NCBI GenBank assembly: GCA_964016885.1
Contig: OZ024740.1
Span: 56,792,001-56,856,000, forward strand
Source: Eledone cirrhosa
Taxonomy: Eukaryota
Direction of reading: 5' to 3'
Length of the DNA: 64,000 bases
Below, piece by piece: positions 42,979 to 56,999 of this stretch (positions within the stretch are counted from its first letter, which is position 1; each line of letters opens with the position of its first letter). Below the pieces are notes generated by a model. The model saw only the letters and a list, made by a program, of their open reading frames with translations, did not search any database and was not told the DNA's origin. A program made the position numbers and the translations under genes.

Positions 42979-43728
42979 AGCACAAGGTCAGCAATTTTGG
43001 GGGAGGAGAAAGTCGATTAAATCGACCCCAGTACGTGACCGGTACTTTAAATTATCGACCCTGTGACGATGAAAGGCAGAGCTAACCACATCGGGATTTG
43101 AAATCAGAGCGTAAAGGGACGTGACTCTATGCCACTAAGCATTTTGTCCGACGCTCTACCGATACTGCTAATCCACCGCAATAATTGTTTCTACTTTTGG
43201 CACAAGGCCAGGAATTATCCCAGTGCATTACTGGTACTTTATTTCATCGCAATAATAATAATAATAATAATGGTTTCTTATATAGGCACAAGGCCTGCAA
43301 TTTTGAGGGAGGGGAAAGTCGATTAAATCGACCCCAGTGCGTGACTGGTACTTTATTTTATCGACCCCGTAAGGATGAAAGGTAAAGTTTACCTCGGCAG
43401 GATTTGAACTCTGACCGTAAAGGGACGTAACTATGCTGCTAAGCATGGTGTCCGACCCTCTACTGATACTGCCAATAATAATAATAATAATAATAATATT
43501 AATAACAATAATAAGGGATTCTGATTTAGGCACAGGCCAGCAATTTTGGGGGAGGGGAAAGTCGATGAAATCGATCCCAGTGCGTGACTGGTACTTTATT
43601 TTATCGACCCCGTAAGGATGAAAGACAAAGTTAACCTCGGCGGGATTTGAACTCAGAACATAAAGGACCGTAACTCTATGTCACGGAGCAGGGTGTCTGA
43701 CTCTCTAGCAATACTGCCAATCCACCGC
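42979..43728 (-). mobile_element. Head-to-tail array of 3 full and 1 partial tRNA-derived SINEs separated by (AAT)n
   Basis: Repeated consensus matches. Confidence 0.9.
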
Positions 43729-44231
43729 AATATAATAATAATAATAATGAAGCACTGCCTATATCCGCTCTAGATCAAGATTTGTGTAATACGTCGGTGA
43801 CAAAAGGAATATATCATTCTTGGTGGAAGTATGAAGTATAGTCTGTGTGTAATTAATACAGAACGTTTAACCTACATAGTGAACGCATGCAAAATGTAAA
43901 AGAAGGCATGACTTGGTCTGTAAGTACCTTCACTGGTAAATGTGCAAAAATATGTACGTGCGAGGTGAGATAAGATCTACCAGCATGGTCCAGAAACTGA
44001 CCTTGATGACAGAGACAAAACCAAGATACTCACTATCCAAACAGATAATAGACTTGATTACAACTAACCTGATATTGTAATTATGCTCAGAAATAGGCAT
44101 GGATGTTACTATGCCGGGAGACCACAACATATAAAATATCTACAGTATGACTACAAAAATATCTAATACAGTATAGTAAAAAGCTAATACAAATACATAC
44201 AAAACGCAAACGAAACAACATTATTTTCTAT

Positions 44232-44362
44232 CGCGGTGGATTGGCAGTATCGGTAGAGAGTCGAGGTTGACTTTGCCTTTCATCCTTACGGGGTCGATAA
44301 AATAAAGTACCAGTAATGTACTGGGTAATTGCTGGCCTTGTGCCAAAAGTAGAAACAATTAT
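44232..44362 (+). mobile_element. Internally deleted SINE with 12-bp TSD
   Basis: ATTATTTTCTAT at 44220-44231 and 44358-44369; B-box region missing. Confidence 0.85.
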
Positions 44363-45170
44363 TTTCTATTGTTAAAGTTACCTACAAATACAAATCAGAG
44401 GCTGAAATGACAGATGATTGTAAAGAAAGAGAAGAATCGACAGCAGAAATTGTGAAATGGCTAACATCTAAAAGAGAAATAGGACTAGAAAATGTCGTGA
44501 TGGCAAAAAAACCCACTACACCACTAATACTTGAACAAGTTGAATAATTTGAAAGTAGACAAGGAAATTTAGCAACACTGTCTAAAAAGCGCATGACTCA
44601 ATGCTGATAGTAACGGATGTATTATTGTAGCACAAGATCAAAGTCACACACCAGAACCCACTAAAACACAAATATGACCCAGGAGGCAATGTCATTCGCT
44701 TTACCTCAAATTTTCACCATTGTAATGCACCTCCCCATGTACTGGGGTACAAGATTAAGGGTGGGAATTTCGCGTACTATTTCTGCTTCTTCCTCCTTCC
44801 TGAAATTCAAGCAGAACGTCTCACATTCTTCACCCTTTAGTATGCTTAGATTTTAGTCCAGGCTTTAGAGCTTCTTAAAATGTATTTTTGAAGGCAAAGA
44901 AAATTCACCCACCCTGAATTTTGAAACAGAGGTAAATCAGTTTCCCCCCTGTTAAATTCTGAAAATATTTTTCGGGCAAAGAGATACAATTCTTTGCAAT
45001 TGTTTCAGGCTTTATTTTTGCCATTCTGTATTGGAGGCTACACTGGTGAGTGATGTTTGTGTCTGTGTTTTTGTGTCAATGTGATGTATGCTTGTTGTTA
45101 TCACCTTTTTTATGTTATGAAAATTATAATTCTTAGACAGAAGACTGTCACTATTATTATCTATGTCTTC

Positions 45171-45995
45171 AGGGATTGGCACTGTTTGGTAGGGCATCGG
45201 TCAACATGCTAGGTAGCATAGAGTTACGGTCCTTTATGATCTGAGTTCAAAACCCCGCCGAGGTTAACTTTGCCTTTCATCCTTACGGGGTCGATAAAAT
45301 AAAGTACCAGGCATGCACTGGGGTCGATTTAATCAAATTTCTCCTCCCCCAAATTTGCTGGCCTTGTGCCTATATAAGAAACCATTATTTGCGTGGATTG
45401 GCAGTATAGGTAGAGGGTCGGACGCCATGCTTTCCAGCATAGTTACGTCCCTTTACGATCTGAGTTCAAATCCCGCCGAGGTTGACTTTGCCTTTCATCC
45501 TTACGGGGTCGATAAAATAATACACTGGGATAATTGCTGGCCTTGTGCCTATATAAGAAACAATTATTATCTATGTCTTCGAGAGCTTGTTTCAATGAAG
45601 CATTTTTTTTGTTTTGTCTTTCTTTAAACAATGGTTGGTTTTTGTAAACTCATTTTAGTTTTATGTTTATCCCAGATATTGGGATGGAAGATCCGATGTT
45701 ATTAAGCTGGATATTTGCAAAATAATACAAAAGGAATATTTTTTTCATCTCATCCAGTAAAATTTGGTAAAAGCTCAATCTAATCAGAGCTGCATTAATA
45801 ACAGCAATATTAATAATTGTTTCTACGTTAGGCACAAGGCCAGCAATTACCCAGTGTATTACTGGTACTTTATTTTATCGACCCCATAAGGATGAAAGGC
45901 AAAGTTCACCTCGGCGGGATTTGAACTCAGAATGGCAAGGGCCGTAACTCTATGCGTCAAAGCATGGCGTCCGACCCTCTACCGATACTGCCAAT
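45171..45995. mobile_element. SINE dimer (+, 45171-45562, 18-bp TSD) and an opposing SINE (-, 45813-45995)
   Basis: ATTATTATCTATGTCTTC at 45153-45170 and 45563-45580. Confidence 0.88.
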
Positions 45996-47179
45996 CTACA
46001 TAATGATGTTTAGTTTAAGCACATGGAGGGATTATTGATAAATCGATCCAGTATGTGCTTGGTACTTTATTTTATCTATCCTGGAAAAATGAAAGGCAAA
46101 GTTGAAGTCAGCTGGAATAAATGAAATATCGCTCTAACAATTCTTCGAAATAAATGAAAATAAGTAACTGCAATGACTTGTGACATATATTTGGTTTTTT
46201 ATCCATTAAGAATTTAGTGTGTTATCTAGAAACATAAAATATGCAAGTGGTAAGAAACATATTGAAAATTCCAGGCGCCATTGATTTATGAACAGGCTAT
46301 AAATAACTAGCTATAAATAAACAGTACATTACATATATAATACCGTAACTACTGTCTCATTAATAATCTGTGGATTGGTAATGGGCGGTGTATTAGCAGG
46401 ATCGTTCGAGGGTGTGTGTCATTTCAGTTTGCCGACTTTGACGTTCTGTGTTCTAATTTCACTAAGATCAACTTTGCTTTTCATTACTTCCTGGTGTTGA
46501 TTCAATCGACTGTATTCGGAAATCAATTCATACTGATAAAAGCAAACAACAAAATAAGCGACAAAATGTTTTATATCACAACAAGGAAAATATATTTACA
46601 ACCGAATATTTAAAGGAAATTATTTATTTCTCTGGCAACATTGGTATGCGATATCACAGAAATAAGTAATAGCATTTTTATGTGAATATATTTTACTGGT
46701 GTAATGTATAAATCAACTTGCCACTCTTAGTTTGAAAAACATGAAAGAAGAGGAATGCGGTCAAGGCATTTTGTTGATAGACGTGTTGGCAGTCAAAGAT
46801 TCTACCAGTGGGACATTAGCCTATAATTAAAACGTTAGGTTTGTAAACTGTCTGTGTGAATGTAAGTGCGGTAAATAAACACATACATATACACCAGGTC
46901 CGAACACAAAGGAACCAAACTCCCACTGTCACTGTCTCCGTCTTTCCCGCTCTCCCCATCTCTCACTATTATGAGCAAATGGGGGTCCACGCATTTGATC
47001 CCCAATTTCATTTATCTTCCAATGAGCTATAATATTCGTATTTTAACACAGTGCTCAGCAATTTTGTCCATTCTAAACATTCCTCTCTAGACTGAGGCAG
47101 GTAAACGTAATTATAGCCAAACATGTGTAAAGACAATTAATTATGGAAAACTAAAAAAATACACCTCTACAGTCTGGGC

Positions 47180-47588
<409 letters not shown>

Positions 47589-47634
47589 CACACACACATA
47601 TGTATATGTGTGTGTGTGTGTGTTATAAATATGC

Positions 47635-48245
47635 TAGAACATACATAACATGCAAGCATAACAGACCAGATATAATGATATGGGACAGGGAAAAGGAAGC
47701 ATGCACAGTAGTGGAAGGTAGCTGCCCAGCAGATGCCAATATAATGTTAAAGATTAGCGAAAAGGAGAATATCTATGCAGAACTAATGAGAAATCTGCAG
47801 ATACTCCACCCTGACTATACCTTCATATTTATACCTATGATTATTGGGGAACTGGGATATGTTAGTAACTGCCCCAGTACAAATCTTGAGAAGTTGGGCT
47901 TCACAGAAACAGAAAAAAAAGCAACCAGTTAGGAAATTATAAGTACAATTAGATAATGGAACTAAAAATATATAAAAGATTCTAAAACTTGTGCATCTAA
48001 TAACTTCATGTACACATACAAAGCATATGCACATGCACACATATAACTCAAAACATCCACATCCACACATACAATAACATCATACCTACACATACATGCA
48101 TGCAGATATGTATACATATCTACCTGGTTGATGTTGTGTAAATTCCAATGAAAGATTCTTGTAACTATGTTAGAAACCGACCCTCTTCTATTGGTAAAAA
48201 TTTATAAAATTATAAAACGAAAAGAACATACATACGTACATACAT
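47635..48245 (+). mobile_element. Dong/R4-like LINE 3' end (restriction-like endonuclease plus 3' UTR); further UTR copies at about 48690-48965 and 49890-50220
   Basis: HNRPDIMIWD...C.VVE.SCP...EKENIY...IPMIIGELG; repeated CTACCT(A/G)GTTGATGTTGTGTAAATTCCAATGA UTR with (CATA)n tails. Confidence 0.85.
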
Positions 48246-48252
48246 ATATACA

Positions 48253-48637
48253 TAATTGTTTCTACTTTCGGCACAAGGCCAGCAATTACCTAGTACATTA
48301 CTGGTACTTTATTTTATCGACCTCGTAAGGATGAAAGGCAAAGTTAACCTTGGCGGGATTTGAACTCAGATCGTAAAGGGACGTAACTATGCTGGAAAGC
48401 ATGTCCAACCCTCCACCAATTCTGCCAATCCACCGTCCAATCCATATATACATAATTGTTTCTACTTTAGGCACAAGGCCAGCAATTATCCAGTGCATTA
48501 CTGGTACTTTATTTTATCGACCCCGTAAGGATGAAAGGCAAAGTCAACCTCGGCGGGATTTGAACTCAGATCGTAAAGGGACGTAACTATGCTGGAAAGC
48601 ATGGCGTCCGACCCTCTACCGATACTGCCAATCCACC
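48253..48637 (-). mobile_element. Two tandem tRNA-derived SINEs
   Basis: Consensus matches. Confidence 0.9.
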
Positions 48638-48959
48638 GACCATTATATATATATATAATCCATATATACATAATAATGGCATATACACTTGTACAGATAC
48701 AAAGCATATGCACATGCACACATACAACACAAAACATACATAACCACACATACAATAACATCCATACCTGCACACAGACATGCAGACATATCTACCTAGT
48801 TGATGTTGTGTAAATTCCAATGAGAGAGTCTTAATCTATTTTAGAAACCGACTCTCTCAGTTAGGAAATTACAAGTACAATCCATTAATGGAACAGCAAA
48901 AATATATAAAACATTCCAAAAATTCTGCATCTAATAACTGCATACATACATACATACAT

Positions 48960-49110
48960 ACATACATGGTGGCTACCAACTCGTTTTCGAGTACGGCCAC
49001 TACTTTATATCCATGTAGGAGAACCCCTACCGATGCGCTGAACGAGTGTGGCTTTTTAGTCCAGCCAGTGACTTGAAAACTCTGGTACAAACACTACACC
49101 TGTGACAATT
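48960..49110 (-). mobile_element. RTE 3' fragment with C2H2 finger and (ATGT)n tail
   Basis: Minus frame CSVCTRVFKSLAGLKSHTRSAH, similar to the last finger at 8645-8715. Confidence 0.7.
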
Positions 49111-50309
49111 ATTGACACATAGTGCTGGGCCCATGGTACCATGTGATGTCAAGTGCGGAGAGATCTCCAGATATAAAGCAATGCCTGTGTCGTGAAGCTT
49201 TTATAGTGAGCAAAGGCACTGCACAGTCCCACTCTCTTAACCAAGATGATATTTACCAAAAAGAAGAACAAGTCAACATCATTAGATACCATCAGGGTTG
49301 CAGGTGTTATATCAGAGTTTTCCTTCTCCTAGAATTCTGCCTTGACAAAGGCTAAGGGGTCATCTCTCCCGGTGATTTTGGATGGCCATAATGATGGCTG
49401 GCCCCTCGTTATCGAGTATGGCCATTGCAAGTTATACCATTATTAATAATTATTAATTAATTCTATCGTGCAATGCCTGTGCGCGAGGATATTTTTAAAG
49501 TGGGAAAAGACTGTGCACTGAGCCAATCCCACTCTCTGAGCGACAGTAGCTATAACCCGAAAAGAAGAAAAGATCAACATCTTCGGTAACTCATGAGCCG
49601 CAGGTTTTATATCGGAGTTATCCCAGTTTCCTGAGTTGCCTTCTCCTAGAAGAATGCCCTGACAGAGGCTAGGGGTCCTTCACTCCCAGTGGTTTAACCG
49701 CGCAATCGGGTGTCCAGCCCGACTATTTCTATGTCCCCGCGCATATACATACACATGTACATACATATGTACATGTGTATATACATATTTACACACTTTT
49801 GGATGGCCGTTGACTCTTATGAGTTCTTCCGCTCTCTGTCAGGTTTTGTTTTTTGTCCTGCAGGGTATCCAAAATCACATACATACATATATACATTCTA
49901 CATGCATGCATGTGTGTGCAGGTATGATTGTTATTGTATATGTGGATGTGGATGTTTTGTGTTGTATGTGTGCATGTGCATATGCTTTGTATCTGTACAC
50001 GTGTATATGCCTAGATACAAAACATATGCACATGCACACACACAATAAAATCCATACCTGTACACACATGCACGCAGACATGCATACATATCTACCTAGT
50101 TGATGTTGTGTAAATTCCAATGAGAGAGTCTTGTATCTATGTTAGAAACCCACTCTTTCTCTATTTGCAAAAAAATTGTGAAATTATAAAACCAGAACAT
50201 ACATATATACATACATACATAGTAAGAACATGTGTCCTACCAAATATGACCCAATTGTGAGACATGAGGGTTGACCCGGGTGAAAGGTTACAATTTTCCC
50301 AAGTTGACC

Positions 50310-50745
50310 AAACAACCCTGAGTCCAGATGTAGCTCTCGTCTGGAAGTGTGAAAAACATAATACTGATTTAACTCACACTCTCGCACAAAGTAGAGTCTA
50401 GCCACACCTTTGAATGGAAGAGTGCCAAGAACTGGCGCAAGAGTGCAGAGAGAAAAGCTGACAGACGTGACTATTTCCAGTGGAGGTAGACTTCAGGGGT
50501 TTCCCGATTCAGTCGATACGGTGGATACTCGCTGCCATTGGAATGGCAGGAATAGAGAAGAAGGTAGCAGTTCAAAGGGTGGGGGAAGCAGTAAAAGTGG
50601 CCTGCTGTTGGATATAGAGCAAAAGAGAAGAAATAAGCTTGTAGCATTTTAGAGAAGATGGACAGTGATTTTGACATCATTGCTGACCCACCAACTAGAG
50701 GGTGTTACAGTTAGGGCTCGAAAAACACTCTATGAACGTTGGACA
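50310..50745 (+). mobile_element. Hero-like (RLE) non-LTR retrotransposon 3' fragment
   Basis: TTLSPD... and FPVEVDFRGFPIQSIRWILAAIGMAG...VGEAVKVACCWI*SKRE, resembling the Hero PVEVGCRGF..AE.AS.WIW.KR end. Confidence 0.7.
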
Positions 50746-51641
50746 TAAGAAAAACCGACCCCAGTACTAGACTGGTATTCTTTTATCGACCTCGAAAGGA
50801 CGAAAGACACATTTTACCTGGGTGAGGATTGAACTCAGAACGCTGAGAGCCGTAGAGCATTCTGTCTGACGTTCTAACGACTGTCAATTCACAGCTTCTA
50901 ATGTTCTCAATGAAACGCAATAAAGAAAATGAACTTTGAATTTAAAACGGCCGTTATATCTCATTACAACTTAAATAACACCTTAAAACGTCTATATCGC
51001 AGTGATTTTAATTAAGAAAGCAGTAATAAAACCAATCTTATTTGGCAAACATAGCAATAAAATGATATATGAAGGTTTAAACTAGATTTACTCAACTAAC
51101 AAATAAGTCGTTAAGAATCTCTCCCTCGATCTCTCTCACCACTCCCATCACTGCAACCTTCCTTTCACAACCCCCCTCCATCTCTCTCTATTTCTCTCTA
51201 TCCCTCTAATCCATTTATCTACCTATCTTTCTCTTCACTCACGTATATTTCTTCCTCGGTGTTGTCTTAGAGAGATACGCTAGATTTTCTAAAACAAACA
51301 GAGAAACGTTTGTTTAATAAGGAATTAAAGCATATTAAAATTCTTAACAGGATCTCAGGTGATATACAAGTATAAGAGTTTAGTTGGCTATTGATGACAG
51401 TTTTAACGCGGAAGCTACGGCGTCAAAAATATGTCACGTTTTTTATGACCATCTCAGGTTTATGGTATTGGATTCACGGCCATAAGGCCATGGTTTCGAT
51501 TTCTATATTGGGCGACGTGTTGTAATTCTTGAGAAAAATACTTCATCTCTTGTTGCTTCTTCTACCAGAAGTTCAGACCAGAAGATATTATGAACGACTC
51601 CTTTCTTTCTGATGTAGTGAGCCAAATACAGAAGAAAACAT

Positions 51642-51836
51642 CAGACCTGTCAACCTCTAAAATTCCAAACGGGGAGTGCCATGAAAAAAAGAGCCCCAAA
51701 ACGGGGAGAAATGAGGGAAAATGGGGAGATTTTATATAATGAAAGCTATACCCATTTTCACAAGAGAAGACATCTCTTACCCACCTCAAAATGGGTGGGA
51801 GATCACCCCGTTCGACGGAGAGAGTTGACAGATCTG
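51642..51836 (+). mobile_element. ~195-bp MITE with 6-bp TSD (AAACAT)
   Basis: TIRs CAGACCTGTCAAC / GTTGACAGATCTG; TSD at 51636-51641 and 51837-51842. Confidence 0.88.
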
Positions 51837-52687
51837 AAACATTCAGAAGCTCATGAAACCAACGCTTAGATGCGAGAAACTTTGAAATTAGCTTGTCGTG
51901 GTGTGCAACACCGATCAACAGAATTTCAAAAACAAATCGAGTATGAGCAATTTATTTATGAACTACTTAATACAAACAGCATGCAGTCATCATTGCTTAA
52001 GAAATGTTTTAATACGACATGTTCTAATATATTTAATAAATGATTTCAAGCCAATACTTTTCCTATTAATAAATGTGTTTGTAACAATATAATTAGTTGG
52101 AAACGAGACATTCCACGGGGAAAATGATGCATTCATCTTAACACAAAAGTAAATCTGGATAAATAAAGTATATGGATTTATATATTTATCGATGAATACA
52201 TATAAGACGGCATATTTACGGTCTGAGTTCAAAACCCACCGGGGTTAGCTTTGTTTTTCATCCTTACTGGGTCGATAAAATAAAGTACCTGTTACGCGCT
52301 GGAGAGGCATTTAATTGACCTTCCCTTGCCCAAAAATTTCTAGTCTTGTGCCTAAATCAGAAACCATTATGATGGCTAAATATTACAGTCTACACCTTGT
52401 GATTTTAATGTCAACTAACTTGGAACGTATTCGTTTAAGCTTGGATGTTGACGCCAACCTCAACAGTCTAACTGTTTTATTATGACATCTAAAAACATTT
52501 TTATTTATTTATGAGATTTAGAATTTGTAAACAAAAATGCTTTTTAATCAGAAACTAAGTAGTTTGGGGGTTTACAACTACAGTCAATAGTTTGTATTCT
52601 TAATTACATTTTATTTTTACTACATTGAAACATTTTAAATTTTCAGAAATTGTTTTCGTTATTCAATGAGCATTATTTTCATTTTAG

Positions 52688-53714
52688 GGCGGTGAATTGG
52701 CAGTATCGGTAGAGGGTTGGACGCCATGTTTTCTAGCATAGTTACGTCCCTTTACAGTCTGAGTTCAAATCCCGCCGAGGTTAACTTTGCCTTTCATCCT
52801 TACGGGGTCGATAAAATAACGTACCAATAATGTACTGGGTAATTGCTGGCCTTGTGCCTAAAGTAGAAACAATTATTTTAGGGAGGTGTGAAGGCGGTGG
52901 GTTGGCAGTATCGGTAGAGAGTCGGACACGATGCTTTGCAGCATAGTTAAGGCCCTTTATGGTCTGAGTTCAAATCTCGCCGAGGTTAACTTTGCCTTTC
53001 ATCCTAACGGGGTCGATAAAATAAAATACTAGTCACGCACTGGGGTCGATTAAATCGACTTCCCCTCCCCCAAAAGGTCTGGCCTTGTGCCTATATAAGA
53101 AACCATTATTTTAGGGAGGTGGATTAGCAGAATCGGTAGAGGGTCAGACTCTTTGCAGCAAAGACTAACGGCCCTTTATGGTCTGAGTTCAAATCTCACC
53201 GAAGTTAACTTTGCCTTTCATCCTTACGGGGTCGATAAAATAAAGTACCAGTAATACACTGGGATAAATGCTGGCCTTGTGCCAAAATTAGAAACAATTA
53301 TTTTTAGATTAGCAGACTGGTCCAAGCGTTGGAAAAAATGATTTGCGGCATTTGATTTGGCTGTATATATTCTGAGTTCGGGTCCCACCGAGGTCAACGT
53401 TGCCTCTCATCCTGCTGGTGTCAATAAAATACAGTACCAATCAAGTATTGAGGGTGATATAATCGACTTTCTTCTACCGAAATATGATGGTCTTGATCCT
53501 AAGTTACAACTCATTATTTTAAAGAGGCGGTGGATTGGCAGTATCGATCAAGGGTCGGACGCCATGCTTTCCAGCATAGTTACGTCCCTTTACGATCTGA
53601 GTTCAAATCCCGCCGAGGTTGACTTTGCCTTTCATCCTTACGGGGTCGATAAAATAAAGTACCAGCAATGCACTGGGTAATTGCTGGCCTTGTGCCTAAA
53701 GTAGAAACAATTAT
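52688..53714 (+). mobile_element. Head-to-tail array of 4 young plus 1 old tRNA-derived SINEs (another copy at about 52205-52370)
   Basis: Copies at 52688-52876, 52893-53110, 53116-53300, about 53305-53512 (old), 53527-53714; ATTATTTTAGGGAGGTG recurs between copies. Confidence 0.92.
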
Positions 53715-53741
53715 TTTAAAGAGACGGATGAATCACTACTA

Positions 53742-53982
53742 CAGTGAAAAACGGTTTATCACCAGCAGTGCTACAATCTAATTCCCAGAAAATTTGATAT
53801 TCACAGAAAATAGGTGACATTCTTTCCAGACCAAGATAAATTGACCCAGAAATCAATATATATTTCCGATTTTTTTTATCCACCCGCTCATTATTAAGAA
53901 TGTCACCTATTTTCAGTGAATATCAAATTTTCTGGGAATTGGATTGAAGCACTGCTAGTGACAAATACCGGTAGTTCACTTA
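53742..53982. repeat. Fold-back with ~85-bp arms and no HHR
   Basis: AATTCCCAGAAAATTTGATATTCAC.GAAAATAGGTGACATTCTT versus its reverse complement at 53896-53940. Confidence 0.85.
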
Positions 53983-55167
53983 GTCCAGAGGAACTCCACA
54001 TCTTCCCCGTTCAAGAATGAAATATATAGGGATTTAAAGTATCGATGTGGCAAGTCTCTTGATTTCGGGGTCTAAATAAACCATCTCGTCGACTAAATGT
54101 TGTTTTATTCTATTGCCACACTGAGTTGAACATAGTTAAAAGACAGGTCCTAGCCAGAGTTAATATCCTTTCAATTCTAGAGCAATTGAATTGTCCAGGG
54201 TCGATGGGAAGAAGTCCGGCAGACTTACATCTTCCTGCTCTTTCAAGCTACCTAGACGCTGCGACAAGGGTCGAGCTTACTCCATAGTCGGACGGATTAA
54301 ATTGCTAAAATACTGTAATTTACATGTAAGTTACATTTTTCATTCTGGGGCATTTGATACGTTTAATGGAGCTGGGCCGCTGCCAACGAGGTTTTTTGTC
54401 ATTGTTGGCATCTCGTCCTATTGAAGCATCAGTTCATGATCATGAGAGTACTTGGCTATTGGATCGCCTCAGCCTTGCTGACGGTGGTGGTGTGGTGGTG
54501 GTGGTGGCGTACGTCAGTATGTAGGTAAATAAACAAAGACATGAACAGGTAAATGATTGAAGTATGAGAATGAGAATGATTGTGGTTCGTGCACTGGTAC
54601 TGACGAAGATAGAAGGTGAGTAGGTAGTGTCGAGCATGCAAATTGTGGTTGGAGTCGGATAGAATGTAGGTTGACAGCTGTTTTTGACTGATAATAAACT
54701 AGTTAACAAAGAGGTGGAGGGAGTGGAAGTGATGCCATAGCATGTCAGTCATCTGAGGTCGAGGCTGGTGGTGGTAGCGACAATAATGGTACTGATAAAA
54801 ATGTTAAATTTACAAGTAGGAGGTTGTGTTGACAATATAAGAGGTTAGAAGTGAGTAAAACGGTGACAGGTGGTGATGGAGGTGAATGTATTCGTAGGGG
54901 ATATGATGATGATAATAAGGATCCTAATGAGATAGCTACACGGAGTAGTTGTATACCGTATTAGCGTGCCATACAAACACAAACAAGAGAAATCCATGCA
55001 CACATGTATATGTGGGATACATGTATGCGCATGAAATTCCTTCTATATTAATGCATGAGTGCACAGAGGTTCGCCTACACATGCACAAGCGTACATGTGT
55101 ATGGACACGTAACAACGCACGCAAGTGCAAACCCATCGTGTGCAACGTATAAAGACACACGCACATA

Positions 55168-55246
<79 letters not shown>

Positions 55247-55250
<4 letters not shown>

Positions 55251-56330
55251 AAATAACGAAACGAAATTAAATTTTGTTCCGTTTGTAACTCACTTTTGTA
55301 TGACTGACGCTTAAACAATTAAGTTAAAAATGTACATCTACATATGCATACGGAAATACTAGTATGCATATGAATACACACACGTATACATATGTAGATG
55401 TAACAAGTCTTTCACTGGTTACTTTACTGTGAGTAACCCAGCTATTCTGTATGTAAACACACAGACAAACCGGTTTTTAGAGTCATACTGGTTTTCGAGG
55501 AAACACCTTTCCTTTATTCTCCAGAAAGCCAGACAAGGAATATTGAACTAGTTTCGTTGTTGTTACAACTCATCAGCAATATTTACCTATCTACCGGCCT
55601 TTCTGGAGAATCGTAAAAGCACATATCGTTATATGCTTTTTCTATGAAAATTAGTAGTGGGCAGACTAATTTGCATAGAGTGTGAGTACGCACCGGTTCA
55701 GCGGAGACGATAAAAACAAATAACGAAACGAAATTAAATTTCGTTTCGTTTGTAACTCACTTTTGTATGACTGACGCTTAAACAATTAAGTTAAAAATGT
55801 ACATCTACATATGCATACTGAAATACTAGTATGCATATGAATACACACACGTATACATATGTAGATGTAACAAGTCTTTCACTGGTTACTTTACTGTGAG
55901 TAAACGAAACGAAATTTAATTTCGTTTCGTTATTTGTTTTTATCGTCTCCGCTGAACCGGTGCGTACTCACACTCTATGCAAATTAGTCTGCCCACTACT
56001 AATTTTCATAGAAAAAGCATATAACGATATGTGCTTTTACGATTCTCCAGAAAGGCCGGTAGATAGGTAAATATTGCTGATGAGTTGTAACAACAACGAA
56101 ACTAGTTCAATATTCCTTGTCTGGCTTTCTGGAGAATAGAGGAAAGGTGTTTCCTCGAAAACCAGTATGACTCTAAAAACCGGTTTGTCTGTGTGTTTAC
56201 ATACAGAATAGCTGGGTTACTCACAGTAAAGTAACCAGTGAAAGACTTGTTACATCTACATATGTATACGTGTGTGTATTCATATGCATACTAGTATTTC
56301 AGTATGCATATGTAGATGTACATTTTTAAC

Positions 56331-56336
<6 letters not shown>
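55247..56336. mobile_element. Young non-coding HHR retroelement: 1.4 tandem copies of a 467-bp unit plus an inverted copy
   Basis: 55247-55436 repeats at 55714-55903 (period 467); 55904-56336 is the reverse complement of about 55317-55749; (TA)n on both sides. Confidence 0.92.
56070..56114 (+). ncRNA. Intact minimal type-I hammerhead ribozyme (mirror copy 55539-55583, minus)
   Basis: AATATTG-CTGATGA-GTTG-TAACAA-CAAC-GAAA-CTA-GTT-CAATATT; 7-bp stem I, palindromic ACTAGT stem III. Confidence 0.92.
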
Positions 56337-56414
<78 letters not shown>

Positions 56415-56564
56415 AATACATTATCGGAGAAAGCTTTTTAGCGATACTCCGGCCAAATTCCAACTCACTCAACAAACATTAGTAAATAAGTGAGTATATT
56501 CCTAATTAAGCGTTCGGGGTGCTAACTAAATGTATTGCGTGGAAAATTGGCTGTATCATTTCAT

Positions 56565-56747
56565 ATTGGCAGTATTGGTAGAGGGTCGGACGCCATGCTT
56601 TGACGTATAGAGTTACGGCCCTTGCCATTCTGAGTTCAAATCCCGCCAAGGTTAACTTTGCCTTTCATCCTTACGGGGTCGATAAAATAAAGTACCAGTA
56701 ATGCACTGGGTAATTGCTGGCCTTGTGCCTAACGTAGAAACAATTAT
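56565..56747 (+). mobile_element. tRNA-derived SINE
   Basis: Consensus match; flanks AT(C/T)ATTTCATAT. Confidence 0.9.
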
Positions 56748-56777
56748 TTCATATGAGACATATCGAATATATCTCTT

Positions 56778-56904
56778 CCCAGACGGACGTCTCGTTTCAT
56801 TATAGGATTCCTACAATTTGGGTGAAATTATACCAATGTATGTAGGAGCTTGTATACCATCAATAGATATATATTCAAGTGGGCTCCTATAATTCATCAG
56901 TGGG
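56778..56904 (-). ncRNA. Intact type-I hammerhead ribozyme with a 77-nt insertion in stem II
   Basis: Minus strand CCCA-CTGATGA-ATTATAGGA-[77 nt]-TCCTATAAT-GAAA-CG-AGACGTC-C-GTC-TGGG. Confidence 0.85.
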
Positions 56905-56919
56905 TGCCCCAAATATACT

Positions 56920-56999
<80 letters not shown>

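Noticed and set aside
56465-56500. Sixth copy of the UU-bulged hairpin downstream of the 56778 HHR
   Set aside because: ACTC...TTGAGT is present on the minus strand, but the inner stem does not fit the pattern; left uncounted.
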